The position numbers were made by a program, and so were the translations under genes. Under the pieces are notes generated by a model, which saw only the letters and a program-made list of their open reading frames with translations, was not told the DNA's origin and ran no database searches. 64,000 nucleotides of DNA from an uncultured Alphaproteobacteria bacterium (GTDB lineage: Bacteria; Pseudomonadota; Alphaproteobacteria; RF32; CAG-239): contig CALXLC010000033.1 of NCBI GenBank assembly GCA_944389095.1, positions 2,764-66,763 of the forward strand, in the 5' to 3' direction. This document shows positions 45,854 through 54,737 of this stretch, piece by piece (position 1 is the stretch's first letter; each line of letters opens with the position of its first letter).

Positions 45854-46135
45854 ATCTTGTTTACGAAGGACTTTATACACTTATAAAAATAATTAATCAA
45901 GCAAAAAATTAAAAAAAGTGTATTTGAGGATTTTTTTATTTTTTTAATTATTTATGAGATTGTTTTTATGAATTAAAATTCTGTTTATATACATAATATG
46001 AAATGTATTTCATAAAATATGCCGGGCAGAAAGCATGACTTTTTCTTAAAAGTTTGCTTTGTTGTTGCCAATTTGATAAAGAGTAATTATATTTTTATTG
46101 ATTGGAGCCTTTTTGTTTAATTAAGGAGATTAGGT

Positions 46136-46507
46136 ATGAAAAAAATTAATTTGGGAATTTTGACTGCTGCGTCTGTTTTGGTGCTGAGTGCTTCGGCAAT
46201 GGCTGATAATCATTTGGGCGGCGGTTTTCAGGGGCCGAGCGCCGTTGATGTTGTTACTGTCGAACAGGCCAGCAAAATGAAAGACGAGTCTCAGGTTATT
46301 TTGAGGGGTAATATTGAATCTTCTTTGGGTGACGAGAAATATTTGTTTAAGGATAAAACCGGTTCCATCAGAGTTGAAATTGATGACGATGACTGGAAGG
46401 GACTGGTTGTGAAACCGACGGATACGGTTGAAATCAAAGGTGAAGTTGATTCTCATTTGATGAAACCGAACGATATTGACGTCGAGAGCATTTCTCTGGT
46501 TAAATAA
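46136..46507 (+). CDS. YgiW/YdeI-family periplasmic OB-fold (BOF) stress protein
   Basis: Signal peptide, then ..VTVEQASKMKDESQVILRGNIESSLGDEKYLFKDKTGSIRVEIDDDDW.. typical of YgiW. Confidence 0.8.
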   Translation: MKKINLGILTAASVLVLSASAMADNHLGGGFQGPSAVDVVTVEQASKMKDESQVILRGNIESSLGDEKYLFKDKTGSIRVEIDDDDWKGLVVKPTDTVEIKGEVDSHLMKPNDIDVESISLVK

Positions 46508-46522
46508 GCCAGTGTTTTGATG

Positions 46523-46554
46523 AAAACGCCCTGCCGAAATGCAGGGCGTTTTTG
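46523..46554 (+). terminator. intrinsic terminator
   Basis: AACGCCCTGC-(6 nt)-GCAGGGCGTT followed by TTT. Confidence 0.75.
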
Positions 46555-46650
46555 TATACGCGGGCGGAGGGGGCTTGTCAAAAGAGGAATTGCAAAATAT
46601 TTTATGATGATATATTTTAAATTGAAAACGACGAATAAAAGGACTTTTTC

Positions 46651-48915
46651 ATGAAACAAGAGCTTTTGGCGCCGGCCGGAGATATTGAAGCGGGGTATGC
46701 CGCTTTTTATTACGGTGCAGACGCTGTCTATTTGGGATTGCAGCAGTTTTCGGCCCGTGCGACGGCAACAAATTTTGACGAGCCGTCTCTTAACGAATTG
46801 ACCGGTTATGCTCATTCTCTCGGCCGGAAGGTATATGTGGCCATTAATACGCTGGTGCAGGAAGCTGAACTCGGCGATTTAATGAAAAGTCTGGATATTT
46901 GCGTCCGCTGCCATGTCGATGCGTTAATCATTCAGGATTTGGGCGTGGCCGGAATTGTTCGCAAAGTCTATCCGGAACTGGAGTTGCATGCCAGTACGCA
47001 AATGGCCGTACATAATAAAGAGGGGGCTCTGGCTTTGCAAAAGGCGGGCTTTTCGCGGGTTGTTCTGGCACGAGAACTCAGTCTTTCCGAAATTAAAGAA
47101 ATTGCGGCAATTCCCGGTCTGGAGACCGAGGCTTTTATCCACGGCGCATTATGCTATTCTTACAGCGGTTTGTGTTTGTTTTCTTCCATGGAAAACGGAC
47201 GCAGTGCCAATCGCGGCAAGTGTTTGTATCCCTGCCGCAGCCTTTTTAGGGGGGAGGCCGGCGAAAAGCATTATTTTTCCATGAAGGATATGGCCTTGGG
47301 AGAAGATGTCATTCGGATGCCGGTTACGTCTTTGAAAGTTGAAGGACGAAAAAAGACGGCTTTGTATGTGGCTGCGGTTACCGATTATTATCGTAAAATT
47401 CTTGACGGAAAGGGCGCCGATAAAACTTCCGAGGATAATATCAGGCAGATTTTTTCCCGGCCATGGTGCAAGTTTCATTTTCGCGGGCGAGACAAAGATA
47501 TTATTGACAGGGATTTTGTCGGCCACCGCGGGCTGGTTATCGGAAAAGTCGAGAACGTCGACAAAGGCTGGTTGCGTTTTAGGACCGGACATGCTGTTTC
47601 TCGTTATGACGGTATACAGCTGGATGTTGCCGGGCAGGAAAAGCCGTTTGGTTTTTCGGTACAGGTCCTGAGGGTTAACGGGCGGAATGTTTTTGAGGTT
47701 CATGCGGGCGAAACGGCGGAAATCAAACTTCCTCCGCAAACACCGGCTTTACAGAGGGGGCAGACAGTCTATCTGGCTTCTTCCGGCGCGGTTAAGGGAG
47801 AATATCGTTATGAGCGTCCGAAGCCGGGAGCCTTTAAACAACGTCGGGAGATTGATATCAGGGTCGATATCGGTGCCAATGCCGTCACGGCGCGGGGAGA
47901 CGGTGTCGAAGTGTCTGTTCAGGGCAGTTTTGCCGCGGCGGAAAATCCTCAAAAAGTTGAAACGGCTGTGCGGACGGCTTTTGAAAAATGCGGTAATGCG
48001 GATAAAAAACCGGGGCGGATTGAGGTCTCTAATCCGGACGGCCTTTTTGTGCCGGTTTCGGTTCTTAATCATTTGCGGCGGGAGTTATATGAGGCATCCG
48101 GTGACGGTAATGTTTCGCGCTGTCTGCCGGAAACTGAGCACAGAATGCACGGCGGCGGAAAAATGCTGTTAAAAACCGATCGTCCGGAAAGTTTGACTCT
48201 GATAAATTTTGATGACTGCGAGGAAATTATTGTCCTTTTAGATGAGAATTTTGACGAGAAGCGTTTAAAGGGACTGCCGCATCACAAACTTCGGCTGGCT
48301 TTGCCGGCGGTCAGCCGTAAAGCGGAAGTTTGGGCAAAGCTCATCAATCGTCTGCTGGCTCAGGGGTATCGCAAATGGGAAATAGCCAATTATTGGGGAT
48401 TGTCCGTTTTGCCGGAAAAGGGAATCGACTTGAGTTTTGATTATCCCCTGTATGTGTTTAACACTCAGGCGGCACAAACGGCGGCCGAACTCGGGGCCTC
48501 CCGGGTGACGTTGTCCGTGGAAGACAGTTTGTCCAACTGGCAGAAGTTGGCGCAGAAATCTCCGCTGCCCGTGGTTTTGCCGATTTATGAAGACGTGCCG
48601 TTGTTTCGCAGCGCGGTTTGTATTCGCTCCAATGCCTGTAAAGATTGTCCGCACGGCGAAAAATGGCTGGAATTGAAGCAGGGAAGCAGAGTCTATGATG
48701 TTTTGTCCAGGAATTGCTTTACGATGCTGTTTGACAGGGAACCCTTTTGTGCGGCGGCGGAAGCGGCGGAGGTTCCGGCAGATTTTTACCGGGTGGATAT
48801 TCTTTATAAAAAATATACGCCGGAGCAGGCGGCGCATATTTGGCAAAAAGCTTGCCTCAGGCAGGATGTCTGTCCCTGCCGCAAAGGAAATTTGTACAGG
48901 AACGGCGGATTTTAA
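46651..48915 (+). CDS. U32-family peptidase-like protein (long form with C-terminal extension)
   Basis: ..ELLAPAGDIEAGYAAFYYGADAVYLG.. and the U32 signature region ..EAFIHGALCYSYSGLCLFSS.. 754 aa. Confidence 0.88.
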   Translation: MKQELLAPAGDIEAGYAAFYYGADAVYLGLQQFSARATATNFDEPSLNELTGYAHSLGRKVYVAINTLVQEAELGDLMKSLDICVRCHVDALIIQDLGVAGIVRKVYPELELHASTQMAVHNKEGALALQKAGFSRVVLARELSLSEIKEIAAIPGLETEAFIHGALCYSYSGLCLFSSMENGRSANRGKCLYPCRSLFRGEAGEKHYFSMKDMALGEDVIRMPVTSLKVEGRKKTALYVAAVTDYYRKILDGKGADKTSEDNIRQIFSRPWCKFHFRGRDKDIIDRDFVGHRGLVIGKVENVDKGWLRFRTGHAVSRYDGIQLDVAGQEKPFGFSVQVLRVNGRNVFEVHAGETAEIKLPPQTPALQRGQTVYLASSGAVKGEYRYERPKPGAFKQRREIDIRVDIGANAVTARGDGVEVSVQGSFAAAENPQKVETAVRTAFEKCGNADKKPGRIEVSNPDGLFVPVSVLNHLRRELYEASGDGNVSRCLPETEHRMHGGGKMLLKTDRPESLTLINFDDCEEIIVLLDENFDEKRLKGLPHHKLRLALPAVSRKAEVWAKLINRLLAQGYRKWEIANYWGLSVLPEKGIDLSFDYPLYVFNTQAAQTAAELGASRVTLSVEDSLSNWQKLAQKSPLPVVLPIYEDVPLFRSAVCIRSNACKDCPHGEKWLELKQGSRVYDVLSRNCFTMLFDREPFCAAAEAAEVPADFYRVDILYKKYTPEQAAHIWQKACLRQDVCPCRKGNLYRNGGF

Positions 48916-48985
48916 TTTTTTTCTGAAAAAAATTGAACTTTCGGCAGAGCGTTTTCGTTTTACTGATTGTAAGGAGTGAAAAATA

Positions 48986-49252
48986 ATGAGGGACGATATT
49001 TCAGAACTGTTAAAAGAGGCCAAACCTCTGTACTTTGCCCGCAAAACCCGCCGCCGGAGAATTAAAGCAGCTCTGGCCATGCTGGTCTGCGTGGTGATGC
49101 TGCAGTCTTTTTATCCGAGGAGCGAACCGTTGCCTGCCTATAATTGGTATGATGCCTTTGCTTTGACGGATTCAACAGTTGCCGACAATACCTCGGTGAT
49201 TGAACAGATGGGATTGCCGACAGATGATATGGGCTTTTTAATGGTTGTGTAA
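48986..49252 (+). CDS. small single-pass membrane protein (possible sigma-factor partner)
   Basis: 88 aa behind AAGGAG with one TM helix (..IKAALAMLVCVVML..). Its stop abuts the ECF sigma start. Confidence 0.5.
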   Translation: MRDDISELLKEAKPLYFARKTRRRRIKAALAMLVCVVMLQSFYPRSEPLPAYNWYDAFALTDSTVADNTSVIEQMGLPTDDMGFLMVV

Positions 49253-49747
49253 ATGAAACAGATAATTTTGGAAAACAGGCAGCGTATCAGGGCTATTATC
49301 CGCAAGCTGACCGGAAGCGATAATGAAGATATTGAGCAGGAAGTGTATATTAAAACCTGGCGTAATCTTGAAAATTATCACGAAGAAGGTAAATTTAAGC
49401 AGTGGATAAGCGCGTTGACGGCCAATGTCTGCAGGGATTATTTCCGGTCCAGACAATTTAAGACCGAAACGCTGCAGCTGAATGATGAAGAAGTGTTGGA
49501 TAATCTGCCCTGTGAAAGCGAACAGGAACAAATTGTGGACAGCAAGCTGCGGCAAAAGATGATTTTGAAGGCCGTAGACGAACTGCCCAGAAAACTGAGG
49601 CAAGTTATTGAACTTTATGAGTTTGAGGACATGTCTTATGAGCAGATTTCCCGCAAGATTGGGGTGCCGGAAGGAACCATTAAGTCCCGTTTGTTTAACG
49701 CTCGTAAAATTTTGAGTGAAAAACTGCAAAATCTAAAAGGAGAATAA
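49253..49747 (+). CDS. ECF-type RNA polymerase sigma-70 factor
   Basis: Region 2 (..EDIEQEVYIKTWRNLENY..) and region 4 HTH (..MSYEQISRKIGVPEGTIKSRLFNARKIL..). Confidence 0.9.
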   Translation: MKQIILENRQRIRAIIRKLTGSDNEDIEQEVYIKTWRNLENYHEEGKFKQWISALTANVCRDYFRSRQFKTETLQLNDEEVLDNLPCESEQEQIVDSKLRQKMILKAVDELPRKLRQVIELYEFEDMSYEQISRKIGVPEGTIKSRLFNARKILSEKLQNLKGE

Positions 49748-49748
49748 A

Positions 49749-50198
49749 ATGAAGAAAACATTGATTTTATTATGTGCATCGGTGTTTATGCTGACGGCCT
49801 GGACGGTTCAGGCCGCGGAAAAGCCTGAAGATATGCCGCCGCCGCAAAAAGAAAGAATTGCACCGCCGGAGCAGCGTCTGGCCGATGATTTGGGGTTGAG
49901 CGACGAACAAAAAGCTCAGGCCGAGAAACTGAGAACGGACAGCCGGGAGAAAATGAAGCCTTTGTTTGAACAGATGAAGGAACTGCGGGCCAAAATGGAT
50001 GAATTGCGCAAAGAGAATATGGCTGCTTTTGAAAAGCTTTTGACGCCCGAGCAGAAAAATAGGTTTGACCAGATGAAGAAAGATCATCCGCGTCCGCCTC
50101 ATCGCCGCAAGGGGCCGCACTGGGATCGGAGAGGCGGTCCCGACGATATGCCTCCTCCGCCGCCGCATCATGAAGACCGGCACAGATTTGACGATTAA
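49749..50198 (+). CDS. periplasmic Spy/CpxP-family (LTXXQ motif) protein
   Basis: Signal peptide, two LxxEQ motifs (LSDEQKAQ, LTPEQKNR) and a Pro/His-rich tail. Confidence 0.7.
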   Translation: MKKTLILLCASVFMLTAWTVQAAEKPEDMPPPQKERIAPPEQRLADDLGLSDEQKAQAEKLRTDSREKMKPLFEQMKELRAKMDELRKENMAAFEKLLTPEQKNRFDQMKKDHPRPPHRRKGPHWDRRGGPDDMPPPPPHHEDRHRFDD

Positions 50199-50291
50199 TT
50201 TTATTAAAAGGGCTGCTTTGCGCAGTCCTTTTATTTTTGCTTGCGTCATTTGTCAGCGGGGTGTAAATTGCCAAAAAAAGAAAGGATGAAT

Positions 50292-51095
50292 ATGCGTAAA
50301 CTCGGCGTTAAGTTGTGGACAAGAGATGTTTTGAAGAATAAGGCTTTTTTTGATGATGTGGCCGAAGCCGTCAGAAGAAAAGAGTTTGAGTATGTCGAGT
50401 TGTTTGTTTTCCCAAATACATATGAGGATACGTTTGAGGCCGTCAGGGAAGGATTGCGCGGCTGTCCTGTTATTATCCATAATTCACACAGCGCTTATGG
50501 GTTTGATTGCGGAGACAGCGACGCATTGAAGAATAATTTAAAGGATATCGGAGATTCTCAACGTTTTGCCGATGCATTGCATGCGGATATTATTATTGTT
50601 CATGCCGGTTGCGGGACGCTGCCTCAGAATATTGACGAGACCATAAGGCAATTTCGGCTTTTTAACGATATGAGAATCGCCGTGGAAAATATGGCGGCTT
50701 TTTGTATGGTTTCAAAAAAATTTCAGCATGGTGTTTTTCCCGAACAGATTGAGCGGATAAAAGCGGAAACGGGCTGTAAGTTTTGTATGGATTTTTCTCA
50801 TGCCGTGTGCGCGGCTAATTATTACAAAAGAAAACCTGTCGATATTTTAGATGATTTCAGACTTTTGGAGCCGGATATGTATCACCTGTGCGACGGAAGG
50901 CTGCAGGGCATTGATGATGTGCATCTTCATTTCGGCGAAGGCGACTTTGATTTGGAAACCATAATTAATCGTTTTATTGACGAGGAAGCCAGGGTGACGA
51001 TGGAAACCGGTTATAAACCGCCGTTAAATGCCGATCCGTGGCGAAAAGACAGGGATTATTTCCGCAGGCTCGAAATCAACTCATCGACAAACTGA
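50292..51095 (+). CDS. xylose isomerase-like TIM-barrel (sugar phosphate isomerase/epimerase family) protein
   Basis: ..YVELFVF.., ..IIIVHAG.., ..IAVENM.., ..CMDFSHA.. beta-strand/metal-ligand pattern. ATG 50292 behind AAAGGA. The track ORF starts at 50241. Confidence 0.65.
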   Translation: MRKLGVKLWTRDVLKNKAFFDDVAEAVRRKEFEYVELFVFPNTYEDTFEAVREGLRGCPVIIHNSHSAYGFDCGDSDALKNNLKDIGDSQRFADALHADIIIVHAGCGTLPQNIDETIRQFRLFNDMRIAVENMAAFCMVSKKFQHGVFPEQIERIKAETGCKFCMDFSHAVCAANYYKRKPVDILDDFRLLEPDMYHLCDGRLQGIDDVHLHFGEGDFDLETIINRFIDEEARVTMETGYKPPLNADPWRKDRDYFRRLEINSSTN

Positions 51096-51778
51096 GGCAA
51101 TGTTTTACCGGCCGGGCCGTAAATGTGACGGTCAAATAAATAATTGTTGGCGGTTGGTTCAAGCGTAAATTCAACGGCGTCAGCGCCATAGTATTTGACG
51201 GTTTGTACAAAGCCGGCTGCCGGATAGACAACGCCGGAGGTGCCGACGGATAAAAATAAATCGCAGCAACGCAAGAGTTGTTCTACTTTGTCCATATAAA
51301 GCAGATTTTCTCCGAAAAAAACAATGTTTGGTTTCATCATGCCGGCAATTCCGCAGGAGGGGCAGACCGTTTCCGTCGTTACATCGTTCCAGCTTTCCAG
51401 AATGTGTCCGCAATTGAGGCAGACGGCCTGGTTGATTTGCCCGTGGATGTGGTAAACATTTTGCGAACCGGCCTTTTCGTGCAGCGTATCGACGTTTTGG
51501 GTTATGACGGAAACTTCTGCCGGATATTCTTTTTGCAGTCGGGTCAGCGCAAAATGCGCCGGATTGGGATGAGCCTTGAGGATTTCCGGTTTGAGGGTAT
51601 TGTAAAAATCATGGACAAATTCGGGGTTGCGTTCAAAGGCTTCTACCGTTGCGACATCTTCCACCCGACGATTGTTCCACAGACCATTGGCACCGCGGAA
51701 AGTCGATAATCCCGATTCAGCCGAAATTCCGGCGCCGGTCAGAATGACGATATTTTTGTAGAGACGCGTGTTATCCAT
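51056..51778 (-). CDS. cobB: NAD-dependent protein deacylase (Sir2 family, CobB type)
   Basis: ..LTGAGISAESG.., ..ITQNVDTLHEKAG.., a zinc ribbon CLNC..CPSC, and ..GTSGVVYPAA.. Confidence 0.92.
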   Translation of the reverse strand: MDNTRLYKNIVILTGAGISAESGLSTFRGANGLWNNRRVEDVATVEAFERNPEFVHDFYNTLKPEILKAHPNPAHFALTRLQKEYPAEVSVITQNVDTLHEKAGSQNVYHIHGQINQAVCLNCGHILESWNDVTTETVCPSCGIAGMMKPNIVFFGENLLYMDKVEQLLRCCDLFLSVGTSGVVYPAAGFVQTVKYYGADAVEFTLEPTANNYLFDRHIYGPAGKTLPQFVDELISSLRK

Positions 51779-51823
51779 TTTTATTTTCCAATAAATTTTA
51801 AAGCCATTATAAGACTTAAATAT

Positions 51824-52936
51824 TTATTTGGAATAATGTTCTTTGTGGCGGTTGATAATAATTGCCCGGGTATTGCGTGTTTGTTCCGGTTCTTTGGGCA
51901 GCAGCCATTCCCCTTCCGCCGCAATGAGGATATCCGGGTGCGACTTGATGCTGACGCGGTTATGAGGGGATAAATTCAGACTGAAGGGGAAGCCAATTCT
52001 GTTGTCGCAGGTAAGCGGTTGAGCCAAAGATAACGGGTGTAATTCTTCAGGCATTCGCATTTGTGACGAATAGGCCAGTGTGTGCCGGTATCCTTTGGCC
52101 GACAGAAATTCCTCCGCATAGGCATAAAGGGCCGCTGCCGCCGGCTCGACCGGTTGTCCGGCGGCGGCACAAAAGTTTTCCAGTTTGGCAAAGTCCCGGA
52201 AGTATCGTATGCGGAGCGAAGCCGCGATTTCGTTTCGGCGCGAGCAAACAAGATGCGTTGCCGTCAGATTGTTTCCGTCTTGCAACAGTTTCGGGTTGTG
52301 TTTTTGTTGAAATTCGAGCAGATTTTCCATTTCAGTCAGTGTCCTGACTATGGAAACCTCATATCCTGGTTGTTTTGCAGGCGTGACGGCCGGCAGAAAT
52401 TGTCCTTCCGCAAAAAGTTCACCGATGTGGTTTCGTCCCTCAGGAGCGGCAATGATTTCTGCTGCTGACGATAGTTTGACAGGGTTTTCCGCCGGAGGAA
52501 TCCGCAAAGAGACAGGATACAGTTTGATGCCTCCCAAGTCTAAAAGAGCCGCGTCGGGCAGGGGATCATGACCTTTGTCCAGCCAATGACGGTAAAGTCC
52601 CTCCTTGCAAAAGCAGTGGGTTTGGGCATATCCTTTGTGTGAGATGAAATCTCTGGTGTATTCCAAAACATTGTCTATCAATCCGGGAATCCGCAGTTCC
52701 GGATTTTTGCAGAATCGTTCCAGCCGGACAAAGTCGCTAAAATAACGTAATCGCATTACCGCGGCAATCTGATTGTCTTTTTTGGCGATAATATGGGTGC
52801 CGCTAAAATCGTTTCCGTCAAATTCAAGATTTTCTTTTACGCTTTGTTTTTCAACAAATTCCTGACGCCTCAGGGCAAAAGATGCCCGGAGATCTTCTAA
52901 GTTGCGTATGATGTCTATTTCAATTTTTTGTTCCAT
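51824..52936 (-). CDS. tandem double GNAT-like (ElaA/YjcF-like) domain protein with degenerate CoA-binding motifs
   Basis: There are two ~170-aa internal repeats. One reads ..FDGNDFSGTHIIAKKDNQIAAVMRLRYFSDFVRLERFC.. and the other ..LQDGNNLTATHLVCSRRNEIAASLRIRYFRDFAKLENFC.. I moved the start to ATG 52936 because the track ORF runs on to 53200, across the divergent LysR-like gene. Confidence 0.55.
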   Translation of the reverse strand: MEQKIEIDIIRNLEDLRASFALRRQEFVEKQSVKENLEFDGNDFSGTHIIAKKDNQIAAVMRLRYFSDFVRLERFCKNPELRIPGLIDNVLEYTRDFISHKGYAQTHCFCKEGLYRHWLDKGHDPLPDAALLDLGGIKLYPVSLRIPPAENPVKLSSAAEIIAAPEGRNHIGELFAEGQFLPAVTPAKQPGYEVSIVRTLTEMENLLEFQQKHNPKLLQDGNNLTATHLVCSRRNEIAASLRIRYFRDFAKLENFCAAAGQPVEPAAAALYAYAEEFLSAKGYRHTLAYSSQMRMPEELHPLSLAQPLTCDNRIGFPFSLNLSPHNRVSIKSHPDILIAAEGEWLLPKEPEQTRNTRAIIINRHKEHYSK

Positions 52937-53032
52937 AAGAAAATAATAATATTGACCTTTAATAGTTTTGAAGGTACTACTTTGATAATACAGACTTATA
53001 ATATTAGACACTTTTGATAGTGAATCGTTGAA

Positions 53033-53593
53033 ATGAGTGTGAAAAAGAAAGTTTTGTTGATGAGAAGTCTCCTGTATTTTCAGGAAACCATCCGTAATGG
53101 CAAGATTACGCTTACTGCCCAAAAGAACGGTATCAAGATTTCGAATCTGAGCAAAATGCTCAAAGATTTGGAGGAAGAGTTGCATGTGCAACTGTTGCAT
53201 CGTTCAAGGGACGGCGTGCGTCCGACGACGGCCGGCAAGCAGATTTATAATATGACGCTGAGGGTAGAGGAAAAATTGCGCTTGTTTGAAAGTATTTTAT
53301 CCCGGCGGGAGGATGAGATTAAGGTTATCAGAGTCTATATAGACGGGGAGTTTGAAGTCGATCGTCTGGATGATTTTTTGAGAGAAAACGAGTTATGTCT
53401 GGTGGAGGCCGCCGACAGTCTTGAAACAGCCGATTTGGCTGTTGTCCGGGATAAACCCGCAGATACCGGTAACAAAGCCGTTGTCAAACATACCATCGGT
53501 TCAACAATTAAACAAGATGTCTATTTTATATATGACGGTACTAATGAGGAGGCCGTCAAACTTTATAAATTTTTGGAAGCCTCAATCATGTAG
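53033..53593 (+). CDS. short LysR-like HTH protein (186 aa, atypical/truncated effector domain)
   Basis: ..FQETIRNGKITLTAQKNGIKISNLSKMLKDLEEELHVQLLHRS..RPTTAGK.. is a LysR HTH. The C-terminal part is too short for a full LysR substrate domain. Confidence 0.6.
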   Translation: MSVKKKVLLMRSLLYFQETIRNGKITLTAQKNGIKISNLSKMLKDLEEELHVQLLHRSRDGVRPTTAGKQIYNMTLRVEEKLRLFESILSRREDEIKVIRVYIDGEFEVDRLDDFLRENELCLVEAADSLETADLAVVRDKPADTGNKAVVKHTIGSTIKQDVYFIYDGTNEEAVKLYKFLEASIM

Positions 53594-54447
53594 TTAATCA
53601 GACATCTGACTTTGGGAATATCTTTGGAATCCTTGTGGCTGATTATCCATAACGGGTGGCGGACGGTGAGGTTTAATTTCGGCAAAGGGATTAAATCGTT
53701 GTCTTTGGCGGCAATAAACGTTGGCAGCAGCGATATTCCGATACCTTGTTTGACCATGCACAAAAGCATGGATGACGAATTTGTGGTGGCTTTCAGATTG
53801 GCCGCGTTTGAAATGATGTTGTTCCATTCGGGCCAGAGGCGGAAATTGTCACGGGTGCAGATGCTGTGATTGTGAATCAGGTCATCCAGATTTTCCGGCG
53901 CGCCGTATTTTTTGACATAATCGGCAGAAGCATAGGGTTTAAAAACGATGTTGCCGTGCGAAATAACGGCGGCATCGCTAAACACCGGTTTTTGATAAAC
54001 TATTCCCAGGTCAATGTCGTTAATGTGGTTTGGACTTTCCAATGAGCAATGGATGTTTAGATGAACCTTCGGATATTCTTTGTAAAAATCTTCCAGATAG
54101 ATGGAAAAGAAGTCGGTACCGACACCTTCGCTGCTCCAGACGTTGATGTCTCCGGAAATATCGCAGATGTTGTTGGCAAAAGTTTTTATCTGGTGCAGAG
54201 AGTCTTCCAAGGCACAGGCTATATTGTAAAAGGCGCGTCCTTTTTCCGTCAGCTGCACGCCGCCGTGCGTCCGGTTGAACAGCTTGCAGTGGAAATGTTC
54301 TTCGGTTTCTTTCAGGGAGCGGGACAGATTTGATTCTTTGATGCCGTTTCTCTGGGCTGCCGATTTTATTTTGCCGCATTTGGCTATTTCCGTAAAAATA
54401 AATATTTTTTCAGCCAGTTCGGTGTCTTTTTTGATCGTCATAACCAT
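53563..54447 (-). CDS. LysR-family transcriptional regulator
   Basis: ..FTEIAKCGKIKSAAQRNGIKESNLSRSLKETEEHFHCKLFNRT..QLTEKGR.. plus a full-length effector domain. 294 aa. Confidence 0.85.
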   Translation of the reverse strand: MVMTIKKDTELAEKIFIFTEIAKCGKIKSAAQRNGIKESNLSRSLKETEEHFHCKLFNRTHGGVQLTEKGRAFYNIACALEDSLHQIKTFANNICDISGDINVWSSEGVGTDFFSIYLEDFYKEYPKVHLNIHCSLESPNHINDIDLGIVYQKPVFSDAAVISHGNIVFKPYASADYVKKYGAPENLDDLIHNHSICTRDNFRLWPEWNNIISNAANLKATTNSSSMLLCMVKQGIGISLLPTFIAAKDNDLIPLPKLNLTVRHPLWIISHKDSKDIPKVRCLINYMIEASKNL

Positions 54448-54560
54448 CCCTGTTTTATATGTCTTATTTATGAAATAAGGTGTGTTATTTTTGCTTAAAC
54501 ATGAAATATATTACATCCGTAAAATTTATTTGTACATATAAAAGTTGAGGGAGAACGTAA

Positions 54561-54737
54561 ATGTTTAAAGAAACCGCGGGGATAAAGGAAAAAGAGGACC
54601 TTTCTTTCGTTCAGGTGCGTGACGATTTTGAGCGGCTGATTGAAAAACTGCAAAAATTAAAAATGCGCGATACCTATTTTTTTGCCGATGTCGCGTTTGA
54701 ACAGTTCAAAAGTGAAACTGATAATTTAATTCATTGA
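54561..54737 (+). CDS. small hypothetical protein, 58 aa (below the track cutoff)
   Basis: Hand-translated as MFKETAGIKEKEDLSFVQVRDDFERLIEKLQKLKMRDTYFFADVAFEQFKSETDNLIH. ATG lies 7 nt after GAGGGAG. Confidence 0.4.
   Translation: MFKETAGIKEKEDLSFVQVRDDFERLIEKLQKLKMRDTYFFADVAFEQFKSETDNLIH

Noticed and set aside
51056-51095. 40-bp convergent overlap between the TIM-barrel gene and cobB as a possible regulatory antisense feature.
   Set aside because: Short 3'-3' overlaps are common in compact genomes, and no structure or motif is associated with it.
51056-51778. Sir2-domain gene as a possible defence component (Thoeris, DSR or SIR2-HerA type).
   Set aside because: It is a compact 240-aa canonical CobB-type deacylase with a zinc ribbon and no partner gene. 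Its GC looks like the backbone.
52937-53200. 88-codon N-terminal extension of the tandem GNAT ORF.
   Set aside because: It overlaps the divergent LysR-like gene start and has junk-like composition. The recognisable repeat begins right after ATG 52936.
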